This document shows positions 36,854 through 51,123 of a DNA stretch of 64,000 nucleotides, in pieces. The notes beneath the pieces are model-generated. The model did no database searches. It saw only the letters and a list, made by a program, of their open reading frames with translations, and was not told where the DNA came from. Made by a program: the position numbers and the translations under genes. Positions within the stretch are counted from its first letter, which is position 1. Every line of letters starts with the position of its first letter. This DNA is from Chrysomallon squamiferum (lineage: Eukaryota; Animalia; Mollusca), in contig CM022665.1 of assembly GCA_012295275.1 (NCBI GenBank), forward strand, positions 17,360,001 to 17,424,000. Reading direction: 5' to 3'.

Positions 36854-37279
36854 TAGTGTTAACAGAGTTCTGCTGCCATTTCCTTTTAATAACGAGTCTT
36901 GAAAACGAACGACTAGAATCTGAAAATAAATGCAGCAACTGAGCTAGCGAACAATATGTCCGATGCGGAATAATATATAACAACATATTTCTTAAATACA
37001 TTGCATTATATACCAGTTTTTTTACTTTTGCTATAGTTCTGAAACACATATGCTTATTTTATAATAAAAGTGAATATGTGTTATACTTTAGAAGTTTAAA
37101 CTGGGAACTATTTGTTTGAAAGAAATGACGTGCGATAAACTGTTCGCTGGAGTTACCGTTCACGGATTTGGCAACGGTTGGAATTGTTCGCTACCTTTAT
37201 TTCAGTTTGGTAGTTAAAAATTATGGCTAAAACGGACGTTATATTTGGTTGATGTTTGATGGTTAGATAAATAACAATA
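36854..37279 (+). promoter_or_regulatory. CpG-enriched promoter/5' region of the RNF17-like gene with MYB-, CRE- and CHR-like motifs
   Basis: Local CpG excess relative to the introns. TTTGAA at 37115-37120, TGACGT at 37126-37131 and GCAACGGTTG at 37171-37180 (reverse complement CAACCGTTGC), all just upstream of the ATG at 37280. Confidence 0.55.
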
Positions 37280-37906
37280 ATGCAGCGAGCTGCAGCTTGC
37301 CCAAGGTGTAATCAAACCTTTACCCCAAAAGTGAGAGGTATGCTAAGCAAGTTGTTACTAGCTGTGATGTATTGAAGCATTTCTGATAATGCTTACAGAA
37401 AATGGGACGTTTATATCCTAATGTAGAAGATATTTTTTGTATCCAAACATGAAACAAACATTGAAACACACACTACCTACATTTAAACATTGTTGTAAAT
37501 TAACGTAATTTACAAATCAAACCCAGAGCCCTGTTTATATTTCGAGAACAGCTAATCTATCAAAAAAGTAAATAAAAGACTGCAACGTTTTTGCAAGTGT
37601 TATTTTAAATTTTCAAAATGGATTCGTCAACTTCAGTTAAACTTTCATTAAAATAAGCATACTATAATTTGATCATTTATATCGGTGAGAATTAATACAT
37701 CCCTATTATCCTTGCTTGACCCACAAATAATAAAATACTGCTGCTTCCATCACCATGCAAACAGACCGAAACACAAACTTATTATGTTTGAAAATTAAAT
37801 GCTTGTTAAAATAGTGTAATAAATACATTTTAAATAATGAATTGCAATCTAACAGGATTGTAAAAGTACATTTCTTCTATTCTTTTTTTTTGTTGTTGTT
37901 TTTTTC

Positions 37907-37945
<39 letters not shown>

Positions 37946-38225
37946 TTTCAATGGCAAGAAATGTTTGGACTGTGGGAAAGTGTACAGAGACTGTTCATTT
38001 GAATCTTTGGAAGATAGGCCATTTTCCATGTCAAGGAAGGATGAAGTTCTTTTGTTTGCTCTTGTATTTGATAAAAGTATCTAACAATACAATGTTTTTA
38101 TTTTAGAAGGGGGAAGACTAAGTCATAATCCGCTAGTATTAAAATGTGGTCACACTTTTTGCGAAAACTGCTGCAATCGTATGGCAAAAGAGGGAGACCA
38201 GAAAATTGTCTGTTCTCTATGTCAG
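37280..38225 (+). CDS. RNF17: C3HC4 RING finger (exons 1-2 of the RNF17-like gene)
   Basis: MQRAAACPRCNQTFTPKVR|EGGRLSHNPLVLKCGHTFCENCCNRMAKEGDQKIVCSLCQ. Confidence 0.88.
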
Positions 38226-41200
38226 GTTTGTGACAAAATTTTTTTTTTTTAGACACAGCATTTATATTCTTTCATGTAATTGTTTCTTATTAAATTGTAC
38301 ATATGATTAGAACAAACATCTTAATATGTTTAGTTATGTTCCATTTAGTGATTGTTTTTATACTTAAATTCAGGGTGTCAATAATAATAATAATAAAACA
38401 CACACATACACGCACCTACCTCAAAAATAAAAGCCTGGAGGTTGTTTATGTACTACTTTTGTACACATATAACTTCATTTCATATATAAAAATGCCAAAA
38501 AATTGTAATAATTTTCACAAGTTTTAGTGATTCATGGAAGAACTTGTAAGTTTTGTTTGTGGTTTACTGTAAAGATAAATTGGAAGCATGATCAGTAAAT
38601 TGGCAAAGAAATGATTTTTTATTTTATTATTGTTATTGTTATTAAATCTAATTTGACCTTTCTCTTTTTCTCTTTTTAGGTGGTTTCCATCTTGTTGCCA
38701 GGAGAAACCCCAGCAAAAAATTTATCTCCAAATTATTACCTCATTGGATTTCTGGTTTCCAATCAAAATCAGTTATTAAAACAGTAAGTCATTTTTCATT
38801 TAATGTTGATTGTTTTGTTTTTTTGTATGTGCTAATTTATAATAAATACATAAATTTAAAAAATGTGTAAATTGTTTGAAAAATCAATAAATTAGTTTGT
38901 TCTGATTAAAGATAATTAAAACAAAATCTATTTTATTTTTTAAATCTCTGTGAAATCATCTAAATATATCAAAACTTGTTTTAAACTTGTAACCAAAATT
39001 TTAAAAAGTGTTTGCAGAGATATCATTTTTTTTTTTTTTTTTTTGTTATTATTATTTAGGAATACTTTTTTTTTTTCAGTTTTATTTTATTATTTTTTTA
39101 TTTTAACATTTTTTTATTCAGGGAACTTGGTCGAATGACATCAGGATTTACCCCTATGATAAGAAAAAATCCTCAAAATAGAAATAAAACAGGTATCCAT
39201 TTACAAAATATATAGACAAAACATCAGTCCTTATAGCATTTGATTTATTAATATTCTTTCCTTAAGAATTTCAGTCCTTAGAGATATTTATTTATAAATG
39301 TTTGTCCCTTAAGAAGTTAAGCCCACAGAGATTTTTATTTAGAAATATTTAGCCATCCACTGATGTAAAAACTTTGTCATAGAGGTTTAGGTGTACATCA
39401 GTCTGTTATCTGCTAATGACTGATTATCAAGGATTGTGACATGCACTCTCTAAGGGAAGGAGAGAAATAATTTCATATTTTGCCGACTGATATTGATAAG
39501 AATAATACCAGCAGCAGTCAGCCATGAAGTTTGTTCGTTATGTAAAAACTTTCATATCTGATACCTAATAAGCATAAATATTAAAACATATTGAGAATTA
39601 CTGATAAAATACTTGTTTATTCAAGCATTCAGAATAGTTATTAATAAAGTATCAGCCAAAAGTTGTTTTAAATGTTTAACAGTATTCAGTATTTTTATTT
39701 CTGTAGTTAAAATGGAAAACAATTTCAAAATTAAATTTAACATCAAAAAGGTATATTGAATTTTAAGAGAATTTGTTAGCTAAAATGTAAAATTCATTTG
39801 CTCAAGTTAAAGTGTAAAATAATAAAAATGTTGTTTTGTTTTCTTTCAGGTACAGTTTGTTTTGAATGCCAGATCAACACAGCCAACTGTCAGTGTAAGA
39901 AATGCGACTGCTTCATGTGTGGTCTCTGTTTTAACAAGGTAATTAATGAGATACTCAGAATAATAGGTTAAAGACATAATTTATCCAGATATAGAGCTGG
40001 TAATCCCCCTTTAAGTATTGAAACATGAAGATAAATAACATTTCTCATATTCCTTTCACTGAACATTGAGAAATAAAGAACAAACATGTATTTAATACAT
40101 ACAGATTAACACATTTTGAAAGGATATTTTTGGAAAGCCATATTTGGTATCCACATTATCTTTGTAAGATTGTTTTTGTAAATTAGTTAAACTAAATATA
40201 TATAAAACAACAGGAATATTGAAAAATAAAAATAAGTAATAAATCTTGTCCTTGAATAAAATAACAGATTATTAATTAAGATATTTTGGTTGTATCTGTT
40301 AAACAAAATAAACTTCACCTAATGTTTTTTTTTTTTTTTTTTTTTTATGATCACTAGGTTCATTCCTCATCCAACACTTTAAAACAACACCAGGCTGTCC
40401 CTATCAAACAGGATGATGTTACCAGGTATTAATCCAGTTTGATTTTCTTAAACTTCATCCTTAATTATAACTGAATATAACCATTTTGACATGTTGGACA
40501 TTTTTCATTAGAATTTTCTGTTTTGTTTTGTTAAGCATACAGAACACCAAATATTGTGTGTGGGACACTCTATGAATGAATATATAATTATTATTATTAT
40601 TAGTTTGGATTTTGCTTTCCCATATAATATTAGTATATGCAAATATAATAATTATTATAAGTGTACATTTTACAGTTTTTGAGGCTTATATAATGTGCAG
40701 TACTTTTTTTTCTTTTTATGTAATATTCTAAGTAAAACTGGTCTTGCTCTTAAAATTCATTTTTGATACATTAGACCAGGCATGGGCAACATAGCTCATA
40801 AACAGGCATGGTGTATTAGTAATAAATGCTATTTTCCTGGTGAAATTAGGTGTATTATTCTGAAAGCCCTGTAGGGTGCAGCTTGCCTGTGACTGCACTA
40901 AATAATTCTTCAAACAATTTTCCAGCATTAAGCTGTGATTCAGTCTCTTTAGAAGTTTTGGAGTAGGTTCATATAATTATTGAAATCTCTTGTAAACTTA
41001 GGATAATGATATTCTTACATATAATAATTTCACATTATTTATTTTTAATTTGAATGTTGTTTGAGTCTGAAAGGATAAGCACATTATTAATGTATCATTT
41101 ATTGAGATGTAACCTTTAAAAATATTTTAAACTGACAAGTATTTTTTACTTGATTTGTCTGTTGAAGATCAGAAATTCGTAGCGTCTGCAATGTGGATAC

Positions 41201-44022
41201 AGCTTCATTAATCAAGTACAGCCAGTAATTAAAACTAATTTGAATTGTTCTTGTACCTTAAACCAGACTACACAGGACCAGTTCTTTAAAATATTTAATA
41301 TATTTAATCTGTTAAAACATTAAATCATTTATTTCTGACTAATACTTGTAAAACATTTATTAAAATTTGTCTAATATTGATTATGTTTGACTAATTCATT
41401 AAAATATTTTTAATGCAATTTAACTGTTAAAACAAATATTAAATTTATTTTTTACTAATATATTTATTGATTGAAATTTTTTTCATACCTTAAAATATGT
41501 TTAGTTATTCAACTAATCTTTTATAACTAACTAACAATTATTTTTGACTGACCAATTGAAGTAGCTTACACTTAATTAAATTCAGAAACAGATTTAAGCT
41601 GTATCCTAACTGAGCATGTGCAACATGAGCAATGCAAACAATTGTTTTAGAAACCACTGATTTCATTTGCAGCATCCTAACTGCTCACGCATACTGCACA
41701 ACAGTTTGAACTAGTCGAGCACACAACATAGTACTGATAGGAATTGTTTCTATTTTTTGTTGCACTTCACAAGTGTCTAAAATATATTAATCAATCACAA
41801 ACAAGATTATTTCCCAAGTACATGAAAATGTAAGATAAACAACTCATCCATCTCATTCAGAAGTTACTGGTACTTTACAGTTGTTCTTTGTGTGTGTCTT
41901 TTATTAATAACATGCATGTATAAGCTTCTTGGAAGGTCCAGATTTAAATTTTGACTAATAGTAATACATCAAAGAATTAAATGTGGTTTATAATTTTAAA
42001 TTAGATTATTGTTGACCAATAAATTAAAACAGACTGATTTTGAATATGTTAAAACAAATAAATTGAAGTAATACTTTAAAAATATTAAAATTGATTAACA
42101 TTTTACAAAATTCAGTTTAGTTTAACATTTTTAAAAATTAAATTTTGACTCAATTTAAATCATTAAATTTGGTTCTAACATAAGAAAAGATACAATTTAA
42201 TTAAAATAGAAATAACTGAGTAACACTTTCAAACAGGATGGAACTATATGAGTACTTTTTTTCAACAAACTGTAGCAATCAAAAATGCAAACTCTTGTAA
42301 ATAAAAGCATAGACTTGAATAAACTGTTAGAATTCATCTGTATTTAGTCTGTTTGTAATTGCAATATTTTATTGTCAATGACATTCAAAGTAAAATAGTT
42401 ATTATCTAGTTGCTTTGTACATAGTTATCAGTACTAACAGTTTTAATTCCAGTTTTTCTGTTCATTTCTTTTAAATGTCTGCTTTTCACTTTGTATTTAT
42501 TTATTTTTTATTTTTTTATTAAATTGAATTTTAAATGATTTCTGAGGAAATAACTGTTACAGCTAATATTTAGAAAAATGGATACTATGTGACAAATCTG
42601 TATAAGCATATATGTCCATTTATGTGACCTGTTATGTATGTGAGAAATATATATATATATATTAATGTGTATTCTTATCCATTCAATTACCAAAACTTAA
42701 TCACTTAACATTCAGAAAAAGGTTAACAGAACTGGTTCCTTTAGAATTTATTCCACTGATGATATAGATAGATTTTTTTTTTCTTTAATATTATCATACT
42801 TAGTTAGGTATACAAGTAAATAAATAAGTAGATAATTTTGTTTAAAGCTTTAAGATTGAGGTGTAGTTTCTTTAAAAAAAAAAATACTAACCGTTATTAG
42901 TGTGCCATTAAGCTGTAATCATTTTTACATTTTTTTGTATGCTTGTTGTTTTTTAAATTTATTTATTTATTTATCTATTTATTTTATTTATTTTATTTTA
43001 ATTTTCTAGTTTTCAAGAGAGTATTTCACCAAAGTGTCTGCTACATGAGTCACGACCAATTGAATATTTTTGTGAAGATGATGAAACAGCCATTTGTTCA
43101 CGCTGTGTTATAATGGGTGACCACAAGGGACATTCAATTACATCTATGGAAGAAAGAGTTAGTTCAGTTTGTTACTTAATTTTCTTTTTGTGTTTATTTA
43201 TTTTAAATTTTTATTTTATTTTTACCTATATTTGTCACCCATAAAATCAAGACACACACTAAGTTTCATGGCTAAATATATAGTTTAAATCAACAATAAT
43301 GGAGTGACAAAATTTGTTTGTTAAAAATGGGTTTTTATATAACTTATCTGACCACTGATCCATTGATGAAATTGATGGATTGTGTTTTTAAAACAATTGT
43401 TTATGAATTTATGAACATCGTTATTTGTTGAATGCCTCATTTTCTGAGAAAAATAGAGAATGTTTTGTCAACTTTACCAACTTGACGGATAGATGAAGGA
43501 AAGAATTAGAAAATTGAAAGTTATGGAGTCAGGAAAATGAAAATGTTGATAACTTTACTGTTTCTTCAGTTTTTATTATTATTTTTATTGTTATTTTATT
43601 GTTATCGTTATTTTATTTTATTTTATTTTATTATTTTTCTTTCTTTTTTTTCAATTTGTTTCCTATTTGCTCTATTCTGATTTTATTAATTACTGGAATG
43701 ATATTTATCTTGATTGTTTCAGTATTGACTGAAATATTTATTATATTATTACATTTTTGACTTACATTAACTATTTGTTATGATTAATTATTGATATGAG
43801 AAACAGTTCTTTTAATATGTAGACTGTATTATCTTGACATAGAGTATTTCATGTGATTAACTGATGAAACTGGTAATAACTAGATCAACTATTTCTTATC
43901 TGTTTAATTATATCTAAGATTAATAAAAGATCCAGACTAATAATCCCTTAATGAACTGTCTACAGTGTTCTTTTGTAAGAAAATTATTTAGTAAAACTAA
44001 ATATAACACACACACATGCACA

Positions 44023-44066
<44 letters not shown>

Positions 44067-45554
44067 CATTATTAGAAGAGCTTACATTGATTTGGGAGTT
44101 AAAAATAAACCAAAATTAATAACAGTAATAATAATAATAATAATTAAAAATATTTTTTTTAAAGAAAATGCTCAGTTTTCCAGATAATGGATTACTATTC
44201 TACAATAATATGTCCACTGACTGACCATTGTAAAATGTTATAATTTATTTTCCAGAACAAACTAGTGATGGCTGACATGGAACCAGCCCTCAATACTGCA
44301 GTCAAAGTGTTAAATCTTCTAAAGAAAACAGAAGATGTAAGATGGCCATTTTACAACAAACACTAAAACAAAACATTAAGTAATTGAAATTTAATCAGAA
44401 GATTGTAAAAACATTCTTCCTTGAAAGAAAAACTTGTAAAGATTTTAATGTAATAAATAAAACTTTGTTTTTATTATCTTTATTTATTTATTTATCTGTA
44501 TAAAACAAATATAGTTTGTTATTGGCAGAATATAACAGATGCCTTACCAAATGTAAAGGATGAAACTTCATCACTGATAGAGGACATAAAAAATCATTTT
44601 TGTCTGCTTCATGGTGCCTTGCAGGCTAGGTAAGCTTCTTGTATATAAAACAGGTTAATGCAAACAGAGCCATTATACAGGTTGAAGAACTTTATCCAAA
44701 ATGCTTGGGATTAGAAGTTCTTTTGGATTTCAGAATGTTTCAGATTTTGGAATATGAGGAGATAGTCTGAGAACAGGATATAAGTCTAAACACAAATTCC
44801 ATTCATATTTCATATACCTATTCTGCAGTTAGTCTGCAGGTTTTCTTTTATATCATATTTTAAAAATTTACTTTATGAAATAAAGTTTGTGTATGCTAAA
44901 CCAAAATTTAGCTGCTCAGAAGAAATTCTGGATTTTGGAGCTGTGTATGAAACAAGGATACCTACTTGTATTATCAACATTTTGTTGTTTCTATTAATAA
45001 GCCATTGATCAGTGAAAAATATCTGTCTCTTTAATGCAGTGAATCCACATTCTGTGGTTCCGAAATATTATTAAAAGAAATTACTAAATTACTGTAAATT
45101 GTATTCTTATATTGGTATGCAGAAAGCTTGAGGACTATAGTATGTTGATTTATGTGGGTTTTAGCAGATCTGTTTTAGTTATAGGTGGGTTTCCAAGTTA
45201 GGAAAGCATGGGTTACAGTTATATCATTTCATTAATGTCCAGAGCATCTGCTGAGGGTGCTGGAACCATGTACCCATCAATAAAGTGGGCAGCTCTGCAT
45301 TCTCATTTTGTATAGCCGTCTCCACTATCCATCCCTTTTTCCCCAATTTCTCCCTTTGTTTCTTTCTTTCAACCCTTCTCTCTTTTGAATTGTTTCATAA
45401 TTTAGATCCCATGTTTTAATTTCATTTACTTTAGTCAACATGGACTTTATTTTATAACAGAAAAGAAAAGAAGATAATCCTGTTTTAAATTTGCATATAA
45501 AAAGTTACGTGCAGAGTTGTTTATTTCTTGTTAATTCTTGAAATGCAATTCAGA

Positions 45555-45591
<37 letters not shown>

Positions 45592-48500
45592 AGTTGTTTG
45601 TTTATATATATATATATATAACATTACTGTATTGTACTTTTCTGAATATCATCTATTACACTGAATTTAAAAATGTCACTGTGTAAAAGTAAATTAACTC
45701 TTTATAGTCTTACACCTTTATTCAGAATTATAAATTACATTACAAAAAGATGCTGTGTTATATTATTTGGAGGCAATTATTTTTTAAAGTTAAGCTAAGA
45801 TATTGAATCATTTAACAAAGAATAAAACTTTGCTTAAAATTTAATCAACTTTCTTCAACATAAATGTTTTGAAATAAGTAATTTTCTGGTTATGTTTAAT
45901 GTTGTTGCCATTTCAGAGAATACCAACTCATACAGGATGTGTTTTCACAGTTTGCTAAAGGAATTTCACCTCTTGAAGACATGGTTTGTGCTGCTAACAC
46001 ATTGTCATTTTCCATTAGTATCTTTCATTATTTAGTTATTATTATATATTTTTTTTACCTTCATATATATAAAATAATACATATAAAAAATAATAAAATA
46101 ACAAAAGTAATGACAATAATCCAAGCACACAGTAATAAACAGAATCCCTCAGGGTTAGCACACATACATGCATGCACCCCAAACAATTAAATATGAATGT
46201 GCAAGAAAAGCAAATTTGATTTTAACATCATAAAGAAAAAAGATTGTTTATTTTAGAAAATGGAGGTTCAAGAAGAAAGTTCAAAACTGAATGCTGCTAT
46301 TAAAGGTAACAGAACTGAAAAAAATAGCCATACTATATTCACCAAGTGTTTAAACAAGTAGCTTAACAGAGGTACTGAATAAATAAAAGTTTTTATTATT
46401 ATTATGAACAGATAAAGGTTATTATTATTAATGCATCAGACATTGATAAGCTCCTTCAGGGGTCAAGGTTGAAATTGGAAATAGGTCAAGGAATGTACTA
46501 AGAAGGATTGATCTATACAGACCAGTACATTGAGATAGTTAAGGAGCATTGTTCATCATTTGTTCTGTTTTATATTTCTGGATAAAACAGTTGGTTATCA
46601 GAATTTTTTTTTTTTTTTTTAATGGCAACATCTGTGCTTTATTGGTTTATTATTTTTTTTTTCTTTTACAGATATGTTACCTTATCATCCTTTATGATTA
46701 GCAAAGATTAATTTTCTCAAACAAACAAAATAATCCCTTGGAAGTATACTGAGTATTTTAGCTGTTTGTACAGATACACCTTATTTTTAATTAATTAATT
46801 TTTTTTTTTTTTTTTTTATTTTTTTTTTTTCAAAGATTTTTGTTGCTGAAATGGGGAAAACCCTACAGTTTGGAATCTTACAGTATGGACAGTTAATTGT
46901 GCTTGTCCAAAAAAAAAAAAAAAAAAAAAAAAAAACACAGACAAATATATTTCTATTTCTAAATTTGTTCCAGAAGCCAGGAATGTTTTAAAAAATGGTG
47001 ATGAAGTGGTTGTGAATGCCAAAGCTATCCTTGATCAGCTAGTGAGGGCAGAAGACATACCATGTGTATTCTCAGTTCGGAATCCTGAAAAAAATAAGGG
47101 GATCAAGTGAGATTTTAATTATTGCTGTTATTATTATAGTTATTATAAATTATTATTATTATTATTATTTATGTCATTATGTATATTATACAATATTGAA
47201 CTACATGCAGAGATATCTTTTGGAATTTTATGCTAAAAACCCATCAAAACAAATTTTATGAAATTAAAAAACAAAAAGAAAGAAAATATAGATTTATTTT
47301 AAAAAAATATTAATTATAATATATAATATATATATATATATATATATTCATCATTTCTTTCATTATTGATCCCTAATCAGTAACCTTTTTTTCTTTTTTT
47401 CGTCTGAACCAAAACGAAACTAAGTATTTATTGTAATTAATATTTAATTGTTATTATAGATGGGAGGCAGAAAATTCACTGATAGAAAACATTCTTACAC
47501 ATGGCAGAGTGACTGGAACTGGCTCCCAAAGGTACACTATTTCAAACTTGTTTTAAAATCACTTTCTTAGAAGTTATAATTGTGATGTGAGTACACTAAC
47601 TGTTACAGTCGATTGTTGTTTTTTATCATTAATTTACCTGTTTGATAGTTAGAGCATAACATAATGAATTTTTTTTTCATATGTGGGGATATATTTTCTA
47701 TTACATTATCTAGGTACTGCCAGCCTAGCCAGTAAAATTGGTCAAACTGTTAAAAGTTCAGATTTTGTCCATTTTCCTCCACTCCCAGATCTCTTCTGTA
47801 AAACATACCATAAAAAACAAATACATGGAAATAAAGATCATTATGTGTTCATTGCAGTGGGGGTAAACGCACTTCGGTGCCTGTGGTCAGCAGTTGACAG
47901 TGTGAAGTAAAACGAACTAAAATAGGGTCACTCTACCAATGCCTAGCTTATCTATGTGAAAATGGCTTCAATATTATTTTTAGCACTGCTAGGAGGGTCA
48001 AAGTTTTATCTTTCTAACAATGTGAATGTCGTCACTGGCCATTATTTATATCAAAAGTTGGGTCCAAAAATGTACTTTTTCTTGTCTTCAAACCAGTTTT
48101 AAAAAAAAGGGTGAAAATAAAACCTACATTTGTGGGATCAAATGAAAGCTCATTCAATTATCTTTCAAATAATATGTGATACTATGGTGTGTCTTCTTTG
48201 GTGTAGAGAAGCTCCGCATCTGAAAGTAGCATGTGCTTAGTGAAATTGCCATTATGTTATGTTTTCCAGAGCAAAATTGCCAGAGATTTTATGTACAGCT
48301 AAAAAGAACTGGTGCTATTTGAAATGGTTATATTTCTATGTTGATTATATTTTTAATAACTTGTAGGATGCATGCTTTATTACATGTTATGACTTTTACT
48401 GAAATAAATGAATAAACATTGTGTTTTGCCGATTACTATCTTCCATTCTAAAACAGTTGATTATTTTGCTTTCAAAATTCTTGTGATAAACAGCGAATTA

Positions 48501-51084
48501 AGAATCATAAACATAACAAACTATACTGCATAACAGAACAGTGTATTCAGAGGTATTGATGGAATGCTGAATAAAAAACTAATCACTTTTTTTAATACCA
48601 TAAAATTGATCAGTTTTAAAACTTAGATTATTTTTGCTTGTTGATAAGCTCTGTCAAGGAAAATTTCAACAATGGTCAGATGATAGGTAACTTTTGTTTG
48701 CTGTCAATTCACAGCAAGAACAAAGTTAAGAAAATTATTTTGTCTGCTTCAAATAACAGACTTATCACACCTGTGTCTTTAATTGCCTCTTGTCTCATGA
48801 TTACATACATTTTATTGCCCCTAATTAACACCTGCAACACCTTTCTGGAGTAGACTCTAAGGATTAGCTGAGTTTATGTACTGCAGAGGATTATAGTTAA
48901 ACATCAAATGCTTGTAGTCCTTTTAAGTAACATTTATATATATATCATACATGATATATATCTACACACCACAGTATCTTAACTTATTACTACTAAGTAT
49001 TTAATAGAGTGAAAATTCAAGCTGCTTATGTAAATAAAGTTGTGCTGTTCTATATAAAGGTGTTTGACCCATATCAGTTAGGGTACTTTGTTGATTTTCT
49101 TTTAAATGGCCACCCTTGTGTGATTTAACTTTCTTAAAATGCAATATAACTCTAAAATAAAATGTATCTGAAGTTCAAACATATGTTAAGCCATAAAGAA
49201 AAAATTAATCAAAAAATTATCAAATTAAAAAAAAAAAAAAATAATAATAATTATTTCAATGACTGCAGCAATAGCAGATCAGCTGCTCTTTAAACTATAA
49301 ACAACAACAAATAAATGTTAAATTCTAATTAATTCTTGCTGAAACTACCCCTGACTTGTTTTCTCAAAGTTTTGTGGCTTACATTGCCAAGAAATTCATG
49401 GTTGCTGTGGACCAAACTCTACAGTGACTCACATTTTTACTTCAAATTTTTTTTTATTAAAAATGTTAGATTCAAGTATGTCATTTGAAAGATCCTGAAA
49501 AATTGTTCATAACACTGGTTGAATTTTTCAAATAAGACCAAAACTGAAATCACAGTATCTGTTTGCACTTTTGGCCATTTTAGAGGCATTCAGCCACATG
49601 TCATTTTGAAGATCGGTTATTTTTCAAACTACTGTTGGCCAAAGTTGCCCTTTCTGATAATGTGCCAAAATATGGTAGAAAACAGACCAAATACCTGTTG
49701 TACCCATTTGCATGTATCTTTTGAACCACTGGAGATAGAATCCAAATTTTTTGTTGTGTTTTGTTTCTTTTTGCTACAGCTTTCATGTTGTGCTAATGTT
49801 CTTGCATCTTATATGAAATTAAAGGCAGAAAAAAATTGCCTGCCGGTACCTACATTATGAACAAATAGATTGTGGAAATTGATTGTATTCAGATACAGGT
49901 CTAAGTTATTTGAAGGTAACATCTTGAAATGTTAGTTTTTATTTAACATTAATCTTTCTGTGATACATTTTGCTTGGAGGATGGCTTTGTTTTCCTTAGT
50001 TTTTCTGTTAACAAAGACAAGACATAACCAAATTTTTCTAGTGATAGAGAGGCAGGTCAGTTTTGTTTCTTTTAAATGGAGGTCCTACAGATGTTGATGT
50101 TTGTCTTAGGCCTTTGATATATAAAAACATAACAACTTGAACAGCAATAATCCAAATTTTAGATGTTACATCAGCAACAGATAGTGCACTTCCTTTCATA
50201 TAAACATATTAACTATTTTTATTTTTTTAAATTACTTAGGGGTTATTCTTGATTTATTTTACAAGAGAAAATTTTAGAATTGAAAGAAACTGATGTATAC
50301 ACGTTTTATTTCTTTTAAATGACTAATTAGAGTTTTCTTGTTAGATTAACAACAGAAAATTCACTTTTAAGTTTGTAAATATGATGCTTTTTTTATTTTA
50401 TAAATTATCAATCAGGTTTGTTCTGCAAACCCTCAGTGAAGTTATTATTGACACACTGTTGGTGATGGATGACGACTCTGAGACTGGCAGCACTGCTTCA
50501 GCATCTGATTCATCTTTTACTTCAGCTGAGTCAGACTTCACTGTGGGAGGTATTGTTTAACTTTTCTCTTCCAAGCTGAATGTTAAAAATGCTTTGTTTC
50601 TGTTACAAGCATTATAAATATAAGTAGAAATTATATGTAGAAATTACCGGATGAAGCTCATGGCATGGGCTAAAAATTAGACCTTAATGTTCATTTCAAA
50701 ACAAGAGTCTTGTTTTACCCAGTACTATACTTGCTCTTCATGTGTTCATTGATAATTGCTCTAGACATCTGAACACTATAAACATGAAACCTAGATAATC
50801 AGATTGATAAATCATTAAAGAAACATCTGAACATTTTAGAAATGAAATATGATTAATAAATTTGATAAATCATTACAGAAACAGCTGAAGATTATAAAAA
50901 TGAAAACCAGTTAATAAATTTGATAAATAATTATTGAAACAACTGAACATTATTAAAATGAAATCTCATGAATCAGTTCGATCAGAATAGAAACATATAA
51001 CAGGATTTTTTTCCAGGCAGGAAGTAATTACAATCCTTTAACAACTGAGAATGATAAACTGTTTGTGTGTATATATATATATAT

Positions 51085-51123
<39 letters not shown>

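Noticed and set aside
36590-37049. ORFs spanning the N run
   Set aside because: Artefacts of translating N as X.
37950-38084. KCLDCGKVY segment in frame with RING exon 2 as an alternative first CxxC
   Set aside because: A stop at 38082-84 separates them and I found no donor of suitable phase and intron length. Exon 37280-37337 supplies the CxxC with the correct phase.
49519-49860. 113-aa ORF as a transposase
   Set aside because: It has no DDE or DNA-binding motif and lies in the subterminal region of the non-autonomous element.
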